Origin: Octopus vulgaris
Taxonomy: Eukaryota
Assembly: GCA_951406725.2 (NCBI GenBank)
Contig: OX597814.1
Location: 107,508,001-107,572,000, forward strand
Direction of reading: 5' to 3'
DNA: 64,000 nt
In this document: positions 37,542 to 50,578 of the stretch, piece by piece
Position numbering within the stretch: position 1 is the first letter of the stretch
Layout of the letters: every line of letters begins with the position of its first letter
Program-made: the position numbers and the translations under genes
Notes under the pieces: model-generated
The model's input: the letters and a program-made list of their open reading frames with translations, nothing else
Databases searched by the model: none
What the model was told of the DNA's origin: nothing

Positions 37542-38481
37542 TTTTATGTTAAAATTACCCAGATCTAGCTTCTCACACCCAAATTAAACTTTGCTGTTAT
37601 TGAAACCTCGAGGGTAGAAGATAATGCAGAATTAATTGAAAACAATGTGAATAAATGAGCATTCCACTTTGACAACATAATCTGAATGCTAAAGGGTTTA
37701 ATTAGCTATTTCATTAGATCCATTCATCATTTAACATCTGTCTTCCATGCTGGCATGGGTTGGATGGCTTGACAAGAGCTGGCAAAGCCTGGAATTGCAC
37801 CAGGTTGCATTGTTTTTGCATGGATTCTATGCCTGGAAGTCCTTCCTAATGCCAACCTCTTTACAGAGTGGAGCAGGTGGATTATAGATGGTACAGGCAC
37901 TGACGACTGACCAACTGGCAAGACAAAAAATCTTCGAGCCATTCCTATATTTTGCTCAACAATCACCTCTATCCTGCTCACCCACTTATTCTCACCATCC
38001 CCCGCATCCATCAAGAGCAGGTCACAAAACATCTCCACTATTGCTCTCTTCCTCTCTCTCTCTCTCCCTCTCTATCTTATTCGCTAACTGCCTTCTATTT
38101 CATCTCAAGTATTCATGTATCAACAGTAACATACCTATATCTGTCCTTCTATACCTCAAATATTTTATTTCCAAAATTCATCGAAACAACGATTGATGGG
38201 CTCAATAGAAAAAGGACTCCATCCAGTGAAAGATAAATATATAATATACACAGGGTTTCAATTCAAGCTACCATTAATTGGAGGCCTTAGAAAATATGTT
38301 TGGATAAGCTAGCATAGAGCTTGTGTGCGTGTTACGGTTTTAACTGAAACCAATAAAAGTTTCATGGCTCTGAAAATACAACGTACAGAGAAGCTCCTAT
38401 AGACTGCTGCATATTTCCATCCAACCATCACGCTCACAAGCTTGTCAAAACATATTTTCTAAGGCCTCCAATTAAAGCTTG

Positions 38482-38514
<33 letters not shown>

Positions 38515-38516
38515 CA

Positions 38517-38901
38517 TACGAGCAAAACGCCCCCAGTCCAACGGACGGTGCTGAGTTGTCAAACATTTAAACCAAATTTACTCAAAACTTGTCCAACCGT
38601 CCCATAGGCCTCCCCTTTGAGAAACACTGATTAGACCTAAATTTGAGACACCAGCAAAAGAAGAAATAAAGATATCGATCGCAACAGCTGATGTACTTGC
38701 GCGTACAAATGCACATTCCCACGGCTTTATCAATCACATTCTCACCTGGAATCGATTTTTGTAACTTTTTCAAGACTTATACACACCCTGATACCGTCGG
38801 TATCTACATATCAAATTTGAGCGCAATCGAATGGAGGATGCCCGAGATCCTAGAAGACACACACACACACAGACAGACAGAACGGATTTTATATAACAGA
38901 T
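38517..38901 (-). mobile_element. Non-autonomous Helitron-like element
   Basis: Minus-strand 5' ATCTGTTATATAAAA then (CTGT)n/(GT)n; GC-rich subterminal segment and CTCGT end. Confidence 0.55.
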
Positions 38902-38904
38902 ATG

Positions 38905-39140
38905 TGGAGGCAGGTGGCTTAGTGGTTAGGGCATTAGCATCATGACCATAAGATTGTGGTTTTGATTCCTAGACCATTGTGTTCTTGGGCAGAACACTTC
39001 ATTTCACGTTGCTCCAGTCCACTCAGCTGGCAAAAATGAGTAACGCTCTGATAGACTGGCGTCCTGTCCAGCTGGGGAGCACATACGTCATAGAAACTGG
39101 AAAACCGGGCCCATGAGCCTGGATAGGTTTTAAAAGGGCG
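38905..39140 (+). mobile_element. tRNA-derived SINE, second family
   Basis: GGTGGCTTAGTGGTTAG (A box), GGTTTTGATTCC (B-box-like), CTTGGGCAGAACACTT core. Confidence 0.65.
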
Positions 39141-41530
39141 CATTTATATATTTTTATTTTTTTATATCACTATCATCGTTTAACGTCTGGTTTCTATGCT
39201 GCCATGGGTGGGATGGTTTGACTGAGGACTGGTGAGCCAGAGGCTGCATCAGGCTCTCAATCTGACCTGGCAGAGTTTCTACAGCTGGATGCTCTTCCTA
39301 ACGCCAACAACTCCGAGAGTGTAGTGGGTGCTTATACACGTAATTCAAAGAAAGAAAAAAAAACCAACGTGGAGACATGCACAAGAAATATATTTAGACG
39401 ATTGGTGAAGAGAGAGATGTTAACATTTTGAGCATGGCTCTTTGTCAGAAACAGTAAAGTCCAAAGAGGAAGAATGAAAAACATGGAAAAAATCACCAAC
39501 AGCCCACGTGCGGTTGTATTCTTGAAGTGTGTGTGTATATATTACCCATAATTTCAAAACAAGACATCACTTTGTATAAAGACTGTTAACTAGATCCAGT
39601 GATTAGAGAATCCTAAGAGAATTAGTTTCTCGTTCAAAGTAATGACAATAGTCAAATCACAATAGATTTGTGGCATCACAAATTAGAACCTTATCCTAAA
39701 CAAGATCGGATCTAAATAGACAGGATGTTGTCTGGGAATCAATTCTATCAGACAATCTTTAGAGGAATTTTTTTCTGTGCAACAACAGTTAGTCCTTTTA
39801 TATGAAGCAACTAAAACCCAAGCTAAATGGAACTTACAACCGAATGTTAAGAGCACAAGAAACAGTTGCATGCAAACCTCCCCCACCCCCCACCCTGCCC
39901 ACTATAAGGGAAAGGTGATTGCACTTTGCGGGACTTTGTCGGGGCACTAAACAAGGGCAAATGGCCCACTGCTATGAAACCCAAAGCACGACCATACTTG
40001 AGCAGGTTGTTAGAACACCATGTAGATAAACTCACCAGAGACACTGAATGTCTCCCTGAAGTCCTCTCTCAATTAATCCAAGACTGAGATGGACAATGTG
40101 CAAGGGTTAAAAGTGTCCAAGCAAGCCCGACCAAATGATAACTATCCTAAGCATATCTTAAAACAAAAGCTTCGCTTTTGTTTTAAGATTTGAAATACTA
40201 TTGGAATTTATGCTCAAAATGTTAACAGAAAGATCTCACCAAATTTAGTGAAATGTTGATGATAAAAATCTTTTGCTACCATTGATTACAAATAGACCAC
40301 TTAACCCAGCTGTAACCACTACCCCTGGAACAAGAAAAACTTCCCGTTTAACCCTTATAACATTCAGATTACTGTCAGATGTAATCCTTATTTATTCACA
40401 TTTGTTTTAAACTGATCATGCATTATCTCATAGATTTGACATTTCCAGTCCACATTGTAAAGGGGTTGGCATTTGGAAGGGCATCCAGCTCTAAAAACTG
40501 TGCCAAAACTGACCTTGCATGTGCCAAGTAGAAAGCACTAAGTCCACCCTGCTGAGTGGTTGGTGTTACGAAGGGCATCCAGCCATAAAAGTCCTGCCAA
40601 AACAGTTACAAAGTCTGGTGCAGGCTTCTGCCTGGCCAGCTCTTGTTAAATATCGTCCCACTCATGCCAGCATGGAAGGCAGTCAAACGATGATGATGAT
40701 CGTTTATTTTTACCAAGACAAAGCAGGGTAGGTGTCAAGGACCACATCTTGCCAGGTGGATGATTTAAACAGAATATTTTGGTAGAATATGGGTGGTTTA
40801 AAGTTATCCAAACATAAACCTTCCATCAAAAATGACAAAACTATTTAACTACATTGTTCAATAGTTCCACAACTAATTGGAACAATGGCAGTGTACTTTA
40901 AGAGGAATGAATTAACGAATTGGTTAATTCAAATTATCCTATACAAGTGTCTAATGATAAAACCTCACCTGAAATACAGAAACAAACCAAAAAAAATGGC
41001 TGTTGCAGCCAAAAGTGGCAGAAAACAAGTAGATTTAAATATTTAAGGATTTCAACTCAATTTATATAAACATTCCCTAAAGAGTGTGAACTCACTTTCT
41101 AAATAAATCTCAGAATTTTTTTTCAACTGGAAAGTCTTGCTTGTATCAACACCAGTATTTTATACCTGCTTTTCCAGGTTGCCATGGGTTGGACAGAGTA
41201 GACTGAAGCAGATTTTCCACTGTTGAATACCCTACTGTCAACCCTCGTGTTTCCAGCTACGGTAATATAGCACAATGGCCAGACATGTCTTCATAGAATA
41301 TTACAAGTAAATGACACTGCTTGTTGACAGGGCCAATCATTTACAACTGTCAAGACAAGGAGACAGAGATACACTTCTTTCAGTTAAAGGGTTTGTCTGA
41401 TTAGAGATGCAATACTAGGACACTTCTCCAAGGTGCCACACACTGGAACTGAACCCAAAATCATACAACTGGAATGCAAACTTATCCGCACAGCCATGTC
41501 TGCACCTAATGTTTCATAACCAGATAACCA

Positions 41531-41799
41531 GTACTACTAGCGAACAGTGGTCCCAGTGCATGCACTCACGCATCCGCGCTAGCTAGTCGTAAGTAGTCAA
41601 TCCTACAACAACTTTTTAACCCTAACCCTAATCTTTGTTTATAAAAATAATTTATTTAATTAGTTTAAAAAATTATTTACTTTGCGTTTTATTTACTCTG
41701 TTCGAAAAATATTTAATTTTCTTTATGTATTCAGCCTTGAAATACAAACATACGCGCAAGTTGAGTGAGCGCACCGGAACCACTGTTCACTACTAGTAC
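41531..41799. mobile_element. MITE with about 28-bp terminal inverted repeats and internal CCCTAA repeats
   Basis: GTACTACTAGCGAACAGTGGTCCCAGTGC versus GCACCGGAACCACTGTTCACTACTAGTAC. Confidence 0.7.
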
Positions 41800-42655
41800 C
41801 CATATAACCTTTAGGTAATCACTTATGATATAATATGGAAAAATAGGTGCAACCTCCCCACCCCATGGATTATAGTGTATAGTAGAGACATGAATACATG
41901 CAGCAAAGTAAGAGGGGGAGCATGACCCACACTTGAGGTGAAACATGCATATATAACAGAAATGTGGCAGAGACAATGTGTCATTCCAACCATCATTTCA
42001 TGAAACGGTACCTTTCTGCATAGTACCATCAAGAAACCCTAGACATTACCCTCTCGAATCCTATGACGCAGGGGGGCCTGGTTACCCAGTTTCTGTGACA
42101 TGTGAGTAGCCAACCTCACAACACTACCAAGGACCAGATACCAATTTCTTTACTAGGGGCTAAACACAGAGGAGACAAACAAGGACAGACAGATGGATTA
42201 ATACGGCTACGCATTTTGCCCAGCGTACTAACGTTTCTGCTAGCTCGTCACTTTGAGACCGCGGCCTGTTCACTGACAAAATTCTGTGCAGCATGGAATT
42301 TTGTCAGTGAACAGGTCGCTGTCTCAAAGGACCAGATACCAGTCAAATTGTAGGGGTACCTCTTTGCAGCTAAGTGGACTGGAGCAATGTGAAATATACT
42401 GCTGGCCTGGGAATTGAAACTATAACCTTACAACTGTATAAGCGACGCACTAACCATTAGTCAATGGTGCGCTTGGTTGCTGTGTTATGTGAAGGTTGTA
42501 AAAGAGAAATCGGGCGGTGAGTGGCAATATGGAATGGGGCAACAAAATCTTTACAGCAAACGTCAGAACGGTGTCTGGAGGACTGACACCACAAGGAGAC
42601 AAGGTTTTAGAAAACAAGCAAACACATTGCTAAAGTGAAAAAGAAATATACTTAC

Positions 42656-43542
42656 AATCCCCCATGGCTTTTGCAGACTCGTTCACGTGATGACCAAACA
42701 AATGGGTGCTACCAATGTTGGAAACAGTTTCGGATGGATTGTACACTGTGCTGATACTGGCCGTGTGAATAATTCGAGCAGCACTACGTTCAACCTCAGC
42801 AGCAGAGTTCACCCATTGGAGGTCTGAAGGAACTTGCCAAAATTTACTAAGATCCATATTAGCTAAACTGCTTAGCAGGTCCCCAGACCACCAAGTTGAA
42901 TTGCTATCTTGGTCTTGATGTGTTAGTTTCGAAGCATACAAGTTATCTGCAGAATTACTATCATCTTTACTATTGTTACTAGCAGCCAAATCTAAGTCTA
43001 CGTTTGCTATATCTGGCAATGGAGTCCTCCAATACTGAAACGCATTGAAGACTTCGGAAGACGTTGGATCAGATGTCTGAGTAGGAGGAGGAGGAGGAAT
43101 ATTCATTTCCGAACTAGATTCTGGTTGTTGCTGTTGTTCTTCACTGCTTGTAGGTTCTGCACTCAACTCACTCTGATCTCCTTCACTCGTACAAGTGGCA
43201 TCACTCTTTAATGCAGCTATTGTGGACTGGATTGACTTGGCCTTCTTCTCCTCGATAGAAATCTCTTCAGTATAAAGCCGTATTTCAGTTAACTCGGACG
43301 CCTCAGCTGCTGGCTCTGCAGCATCTATCTGCATATCTACAATATTAGCAGGACTTGAAGGTTTATCACAGATTTCAACAGATGCTTTATCACAGGACTG
43401 GGAATATTCTGAAGTCTGAGAAGAACTGTTGTCAGTTTCTACTTTAGGTTCATCATCCACTTCCACAGAAGGCGACGGCTGTTTTGTTTCATTCGCTCTA
43501 TCACAACAAATTTTAGCTTCTTTTTCAGCATCAGTAAGGTTC
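42656..43542 (-). CDS. PPP4R1: PPP4R1 large exon, acidic/Ser-rich disordered linker with FNAFQYWRTPLPDI motif
   Basis: 887 nt open frame, tttcag|...T|gtaag, phase 2 to 1; conserved F..F..WRTPLP motif of PPP4R1 at 43008-43049. Confidence 0.9.
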
Positions 43543-45754
43543 CTGAAACAAATATTTAGTCAAATTAAAGCTCTAAAAACAAATGCTTAATAAATTGTAG
43601 CACAACATTCTGATGAAAGTTCATTCTGACACAAGATCACCTCTTCCAATGTCCCCTCCCGACTCAAAAGATGCTTTTGTCCAGTGAGGTCAGGGCAGGT
43701 GCCACTTAAAAAAAGCACCCAGTCCACATTGTAAAGTGGTTGATGTTTGGAAAGATATCCAACTGTAAAGACCTTGCCAAAACTGACCTCACCTGTGCCA
43801 CATAAAAATCACCAAGTCCACTCTTCTGAGTGGTTGGTGTTTAGAAGGGCATCCAGCTGTAAAAATTCTGCCAGTCAAAGAAGTCTGGTGCAGGCTTCTG
43901 CCTGGCCAGCTGCTGTCAAACCAACCCACTCATGCCAACACGGAAGTAGACGTTACACGATAACGATGATGAGAACAACGCTACTGTTGGCAACCTTGAT
44001 ACCAGCCTGCCCAAGACTAGCGCCAGTTCTGGGAGATAAACTACCTGAATTAACCCTTTGGCATTTAAACCAGCCATATCTGGCCTGATTATTTCACTTT
44101 TTTTTAATGTTCAAACAAACCAGATCCAACCTCTCACAACTACCCTACAATGTCATTCTAATACTGAACAAATGCATCATTAAAATCTCAAAGCTAAAAC
44201 ACAATGCATAATTAATTGAAAACAATGATTAAATAAGCATTATATTAATCTGAATGCTAAGGAGTTAAAACGATTGCAATTAAATATCTTCCATTAACCC
44301 CATAACATTGGTTGACATAAATTTGCATGAACTGTGTACTTGCTTTGAATCAGATGACTTGAATATACACAGCCCTATTTGCTGCAGTTTTGTAGCCGTT
44401 GATATAAAATATCCACTGTCACTCACGGAATCGATAATAGAGGCCACCATGCAAATTTTAAAGAATCTGATAGGTTTGTTACATTTTTCATGTAATTATT
44501 TCCAACTCAGTTCAAGACTTCATTACCATAATAGTATAAAAGCAGCAGTTTTGGTGGCTCCACCACCATTTCCACAATAACTTCCTATCACACACATTCA
44601 GCAAATTCTTCTGGCCCTTCACAGAATTTACAGTCAAATCCATCCATGCCAGTCTTGTTGAATTTACAGTCTTTGCAGTGATGAGTTTACATACATGCAC
44701 CTAATCAGTGCATGCTTTAAAGCGGTTGAAGTAAATATACACTGAACAGTTGTCAGGCACTAATTACTGATCTTGTCTGAGATGATTACCGTCAGTGCAA
44801 CCAAGTTGCCTCATAAAAAAACTTGTTGTCATAGGGCTAAATTTCAGCTTGACCACAAAGGTATTTTACTAAATTCTTCATGAGACAGTATACTTCAAGT
44901 GTGGTAACAAAGAGAAAATTAAATTAATAAGTCCTAATTAGAAATTCTCAAGACTATTGAAACAGGAATACACACACATTGCAAAATGAGCACCAACAAT
45001 GGCAAGATGAAGGCATCAAGGTTGGCACTGACTGCAAAAATTCTCCATTGGTCGGTAGCAGTTGCTACAAATATTTCTTACATTCACTGGCTTCCAACAC
45101 TTATAATTGCTACCAGAAGCCATGTGCCCATGCTGGTGCCACGTGAAGAAGCACTGCTGCTAGTGCCATATAAAAAGCACTGACTGCACTAAAGTGGTTG
45201 GCATTAGGAAGGGCATCCAGTTGTAAGAACCCCACCAAGACAGACAATTGGAGCCTGGTACAGCTCAAATGACGATGACACAATGGGCTTCATTCAGGTT
45301 CTGTCAACCAAATCCCCTCACAAAACTTCCATTAGCCTGGGGCTATAATAGAAGGCATTCACCCAAGGTGCCACAAAGTGGGCCTGAACCCAAATCATGC
45401 ATATTCAAAAAAAAAACAGACTGCTAACTTGATTTTATAAAGATAGACATCTTCAATTTTACCAGAGAATCACTAACACATCAAATCATGTCTACAAATA
45501 AGTTGATTTAGGAAGTTTTCCTGTCAACATAGGAAAATCTTATTCCTTTGTTGCATTTTTCAATTCTGTAGTTCAGTTCTATCAAAGAACTGAGACACAG
45601 AAGAAATATCTCAGAATCAGAAAATATGATTTCCATCATCAAATAACTTTTCACTCCCTATATAATAATCCTTTCTACTAAAGGCACAAGGCCCGAAGTT
45701 TTGGAAGAGGATGGGGAGAGATGGTTACATCACCACCAGTATATGACTGGGACT

Positions 45755-46065
45755 TAACATTATTTACATTTGACGGATATATGTCATCTTGTTTGTTAAC
45801 ACGTTTCAGCTGATATACTCTCTAGCCTTCATCAGGTGTCTTGGGGAAATTTCAAACCTGGGTTCTCATTCTTAAGGTATTATTTGATATTATTATTCAG
45901 GTCACTGCCTGGAATCGAACTCCGAATCTTGGGGTTAGTAGCCCACGCTCTTAACCACTACAACATATACCCCCCTGATGAAGGCTGGAGGGTACATCAG
46001 CCGAATCGTGTTAACAAACAAGAGGAGGACAAGTATCAGTCAAATGCAAATAATCCCTCATCTCT
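45755..46065 (-). mobile_element. Second copy of the tRNA-headed hammerhead/Penelope-like element
   Basis: Same modules in opposite orientation; B box GAGTTCGATTCC intact; inverted hammerhead arm at about 45975-46060. Confidence 0.75.
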
Positions 46066-46477
46066 TCATTACACAGACAATAAACAAGCCAAGAAAAAAG
46101 ATGGCTTGATTATGTATATTTACCTGTAATTAAAGTCACTTTGAGACAAAAGTTATGCAATAGAATTGATTAACAGCCTTTACTTGTCTATCATTATTTT
46201 AGAATTTAATAAAAATTCATAAGCGACGTGTTTTACTTAGACATATAATAACGAAAGGGTTAAAGTGATCTAAAAACTTCATGCTGAAATTTCATGTTCA
46301 TTTATATTCCAAACATCAAAAGATGTACCAAAGTATTAGAAATTAATTCAAAAGAAAACAACATATCACAACACAAATATAGTAAGAATAAGCTTTAAGT
46401 ATTTTGTGTCATGTAAAATACTGCAGTATAACAACAACATCATAGAGAAAAGGGGATAAAAGTGAAAATGCGCTCAC

Positions 46478-46602
46478 CTCTCAGCAACATCTTCAGACAC
46501 ATGTAACATACCATCTTCACTAATATACACACCAGAGTCATTATTGGGAGAGGAAAATGTATATATAAATGGACCCAATTCTTGAAAAGCTGACATCCGA
46601 AC
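46478..46602 (-). CDS. PPP4R1: PPP4R1 exon (VRMSAFQELGPFIYTFSSP...VAER)
   Basis: 125 nt, phase 0 to 2; VR..AFQ.LGPFI.TF signature. Confidence 0.93.
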
Positions 46603-46744
46603 CTAAAACAAAAAGTTGGTCCCAGAATTTATACATCTGTTAACTTATATAATTGTAAGAGCTCAACAAGACAGCAAATACTTAGCCCTAACCTGAACAT
46701 ATATGCTTTGGCCAACATTTAACATGCTTACACACACACACACA

Positions 46745-47540
46745 CAGAGGATGTGATGCGTAAATTATCGCCATTTTATATTATCAATTTCACGCATGCG
46801 TATTGTTTCTTTTTGATTTTGTTGACTACACAGTATACTAGGGTCAGTTGGAAACCGTCTGTGAGAAAAGCAGCATCATGACACAATTCACTGCTAGAAA
46901 TTTGCACCGGAAGCTCCAACATGAACATTTCAGAGTGTTTGGGTGTCAATCTGAGGGAAGTAATAAAAATCAAACATCCAGTCAACATCATGGTGTTCAG
47001 AGTGATCACTAATGATGGTGATGTTATGCCTCCATTTATTTTCTCACATGGCTCAACAAGGAGACCTACATTAAGTGCCTGGGGGAGGTATTGCTGCTCT
47101 GGATCAGGAGGGTAGTGACTGGAAGACCATGTCTGGCAACAGGACTCTGCCCCATGCTACACAAGCAGAAGAACCCAGTCACGTTTGTCTAGCAATTTCT
47201 GCGACCACATCACCCCTAACTCCCCAAATGCCAACCCCCTTGATTATTATGTGTGGGGCACAGTTGAGCGAGACACCAACAAAACTCCTCGTAGCACCAA
47301 AGGTGAACTGAAGGCAAGGACTATGGCAGCATTCACCAACTTAAAGGAGAGCGTCCATAAGAGCTGCAGGAGATTCCAAAGCCATTTGGAGGCTGTGGTT
47401 GAAGCCAATGGCGACTCTATTAAATAAATTTACTCTTTAGGATTTTAAGACATTATGTAATTTTGGTAAATATTCTGTTAAAAAGAGATGTCGGTCTTAT
47501 TTTCGTTTTAGCATAATAGTTTATTCACTGCACTTTGTAT
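46745..47540 (+). mobile_element. Tc1/mariner-superfamily (DD37D-like) transposase relic
   Basis: KHPVNIMVFRVIT.DGDVMPPFIF, WQQDSAPC, PNSPNANPLDYYVWG, CRRFQSHLEAVVEANG; frameshifted. Confidence 0.8.
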
Positions 47541-48678
47541 ATAGACTGTGGTTGTCTTCTACAATCTGACTTGTTTACAGCCAGCTTAGGTTGCCAGTCA
47601 GCAAGTGCACCACAACGTATTTTCAGAAAACAGCCCAAAACACCGACTTTAATATGTCTGCTGGTGAATGTAACCTAGGCATAATTATTTACAATAATCT
47701 GCAGACAAGGCACATGTCCACAACCATTGAACAGGCTAAAGGTGTCTTAGCATCATTCACCAAGAACTTTGCCACCCAATGATACACCTGTGCTTTAGGG
47801 TCTGCATCACCAATCTAGATGCATGCATCATGTCTACAAGATTGATGCTCTACTGGAAGCTATCTACAAAGGTGCAATCAGAGAAATACACTTTGTCAGT
47901 CTTTATGTCTTGCTTCTTGGGCACTGACTGACAAACTAAATTTTGGATATCCAGCCGAAGCCCAAAGTTGACCAGCACCTTCCAAACCTTTTATTTTAAA
48001 ATCTATCATTAGCAGACATGGAAAAATAAAGTGCATCCATCATGACTTTCAGAAATGCTTTTTCTCATTTAGAATTATTAATCATCATCATTCAACGTCC
48101 GCTTTCCATGCTAGCATGGGTTGGATGATTTTGACTGAGGACTGGCAAACCAGATGGCTGCACCAGGCTCCAATCTAATCTGGCAGCCCTTCCTAACGCA
48201 AATCACTCTGAGACTGTAGTGGGTGCTTTTAAAGTGCCAGTCTGGCGGTACTGGCAATGGCCACGCCCGGAAATGGTGTTTTTTACATGCCACTATCCAT
48301 TTCAGCTTTTAATATGTCAAGACATTGTGTCAAAGCTCCAGATCTCCCAAAATTCAACATTACCACTGACTTGTCTATCCACACTTTAGATATTCAGCTG
48401 TCTTTTTTTTTGTTTTTCTATTCTACGTACTATAAGTGTATCTTTGGCTATCACTACTTTTGCGTTTGCCTCCAGTCCCTCTTTTAACCTTTTCCAGTAG
48501 GTTGCGCATTCAGGCACTGTAATACAAAAGGCTAGTTATCACATGGTGCTAGCTCTAACATTTTAGACTAATATAATCTTGCTGCAGCAATGCTTTGTCT
48601 TAAGCCAAATACTTTACATATGAAAATTCAAGCTGAAAAGAGGATTTAAAAAAAAAGGTATTAAAAAAGCTTTCTTAC

Positions 48679-48837
48679 CCAGCGAGATTGATCACAGAGT
48701 AAGCTGACAAATAATGAGGTAAGGACATTTCTTCTTACATCTACCGAACATATAGATGCTAATGGCATAAAAGACTCAGCACAGCCTTTTCTTACACCCC
48801 AGACACTGTCTTCACACAGTGAACCAAACTTTTCTAG
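48679..48837 (-). CDS. PPP4R1: PPP4R1 exon (LEKFGSLCEDSVWGVRKGCAESFM..LLCDQSRW)
   Basis: 159 nt, phase 0 to 0; D.VWGVRK.CAE.FM signature. Confidence 0.95.
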
Positions 48838-48910
48838 CTGCAAAGTAAAGCAAAAATATTTCCATGGTTAATTGGAATTTGTTGAGTTTTCCTTTTTCTA
48901 TGCTGTTTAA

Positions 48911-49290
48911 CCCTTTCGATACCAACCCGGCTCTGGCTCTGTAGTACAAATGTCTTGTTTTCATAAGTTTTGAATTAAAATCTACCAAACCTTAGTCACA
49001 ATATATGTTCCTAACACTAGCAGAATGATAGATAAATTTAATTTACTAAATTCTTTGTTATATTTAAAGTAATTGAAAGACACACAGCATCTCAAAATAA
49101 ATACTAACGAAAGGGTTAACCCCTTTTGTTACCGTTTCTCTTGAAACACTGATTCAATTATTTCTGATAAGCATTTAGTAATTAACTCATTAACAACATA
49201 GTGTTTGAAAATTTTGATGGAATGCTTTAATTCAAAAAAACTGCTTTCATATAAGCAAAGACATTTTCAAGCAGATTGGTATCAAAAGGG
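48911..49290. mobile_element. Two abutting piggyBac-type MITEs sharing a TTAA (48911-49115 and 49120-49290)
   Basis: TTAA|CCCTTTCG..CGAAAGGG|TTAA|CCCCTTTTG..CAAAAGGG. Confidence 0.75.
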
Positions 49291-50360
49291 TTTAAATAAA
49301 TTTAGATTCACACTACCATTCGGATTCTATCAATAGCAGAACAGTGCTGTGCAGCAGGATTGAACTTACAGCCACACACGGATTTCAAAGTTTCCCCTCA
49401 ACATTTATTTCAATGTCTTACCAGGTTTGTATTGATCAAATCTGATACCCTTCCTGCGACCAACTTCAATCGGTCTCCAAGCAAGGTAATAATATTTCCT
49501 TGTAGCCAGACATATTTCTGAAGGATATTATAAACCAACTGCAGTCACAACAATTTCATTATGTCAAGATAAAGAAACAAAACACACAAGTTTCTTTCAG
49601 TATCCATCTACTAAAACCAGAAACAAGGATTTGCTCATCCTAGGGTTATATTAAACACTTGCCCATGGTGCCATGCAGTGGTATGAAGCATGTGCTTAAG
49701 ATGGCATTAGTAATGCTAATAATAGCAGCACAAGGTCCGTGATATTGAAGACAAATGTAAACCTTTAGCATTTAGATTACTACCAAACATAAGAATGCTT
49801 GTTTATTCCCATTCTTTTGAATTCATCCAGCATCTTGCTGTAGCTTTGAGATTTCACTGATAGGATTTTTTTTTTTAGAACACTGTAGGGTAAGTGTGAG
49901 AGGCTGGATCTAGCCAGTTTGAATACTTTGGCTGGATAAGCTAAACAGTAAGAGAAATGGACCAACCAATCGTTTTTTTTTACCTAACTAGTGACTGGTA
50001 AATCTGGTAGATTACTGACTGAAGAAACAGACAGGTGAGGGGAAAACATCATAACTGATCGGATCAACATTCAAAGCTTGAAAAAAACCTGAACCGAATC
50101 TCAGTATAACACCTTACAATGTCTGTTATATTTGAAAAGCTAAATTGCATTTAGGATTATAATAATCGATCGTCATTGTAACATTGAGTAAAATAGTTTT
50201 AGCCCATATGACTCAAGGAAAGAAAGCATGGAAACGAAATTCTTCAGCTACTAATCAAAAACTCTGAAGCAAAAATGGTAAGCAAACCAGGATGAATTCT
50301 TAAGGCATTGGTTAGCCTAATTTTACAAGAATAAACGTGTATGTGTTTCTGTGTATTTAA

Positions 50361-50578
50361 CCCTTTCATTACCAACCCGGCTAAAACTGGCTCTCGCTCT
50401 GAGTACAAATATCTTGTTTCCATAAGTTTTGAATTAATATCTTCCACCAAACCTTATTCACAATTTATGTTCCTAACACTAGCTTAATTATAACTAAGTT
50501 ATTTTACTAAATTCTTTGTTATATTTAGTAACTGAAAGAAATGCAGAGCATCTCAAATAAAATACAGTAATGAAAGGG
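50361..50578. mobile_element. piggyBac-type MITE (same family as 48911-49115)
   Basis: TTAA|CCCTTTCATTAC...GTAATGAAAGGG|TTAA; internal sequence similar to 48911-49115. Confidence 0.85.

Noticed and set aside
41615-41632. Telomeric repeat (CCCTAA)
   Set aside because: Only two units, internal to a MITE.
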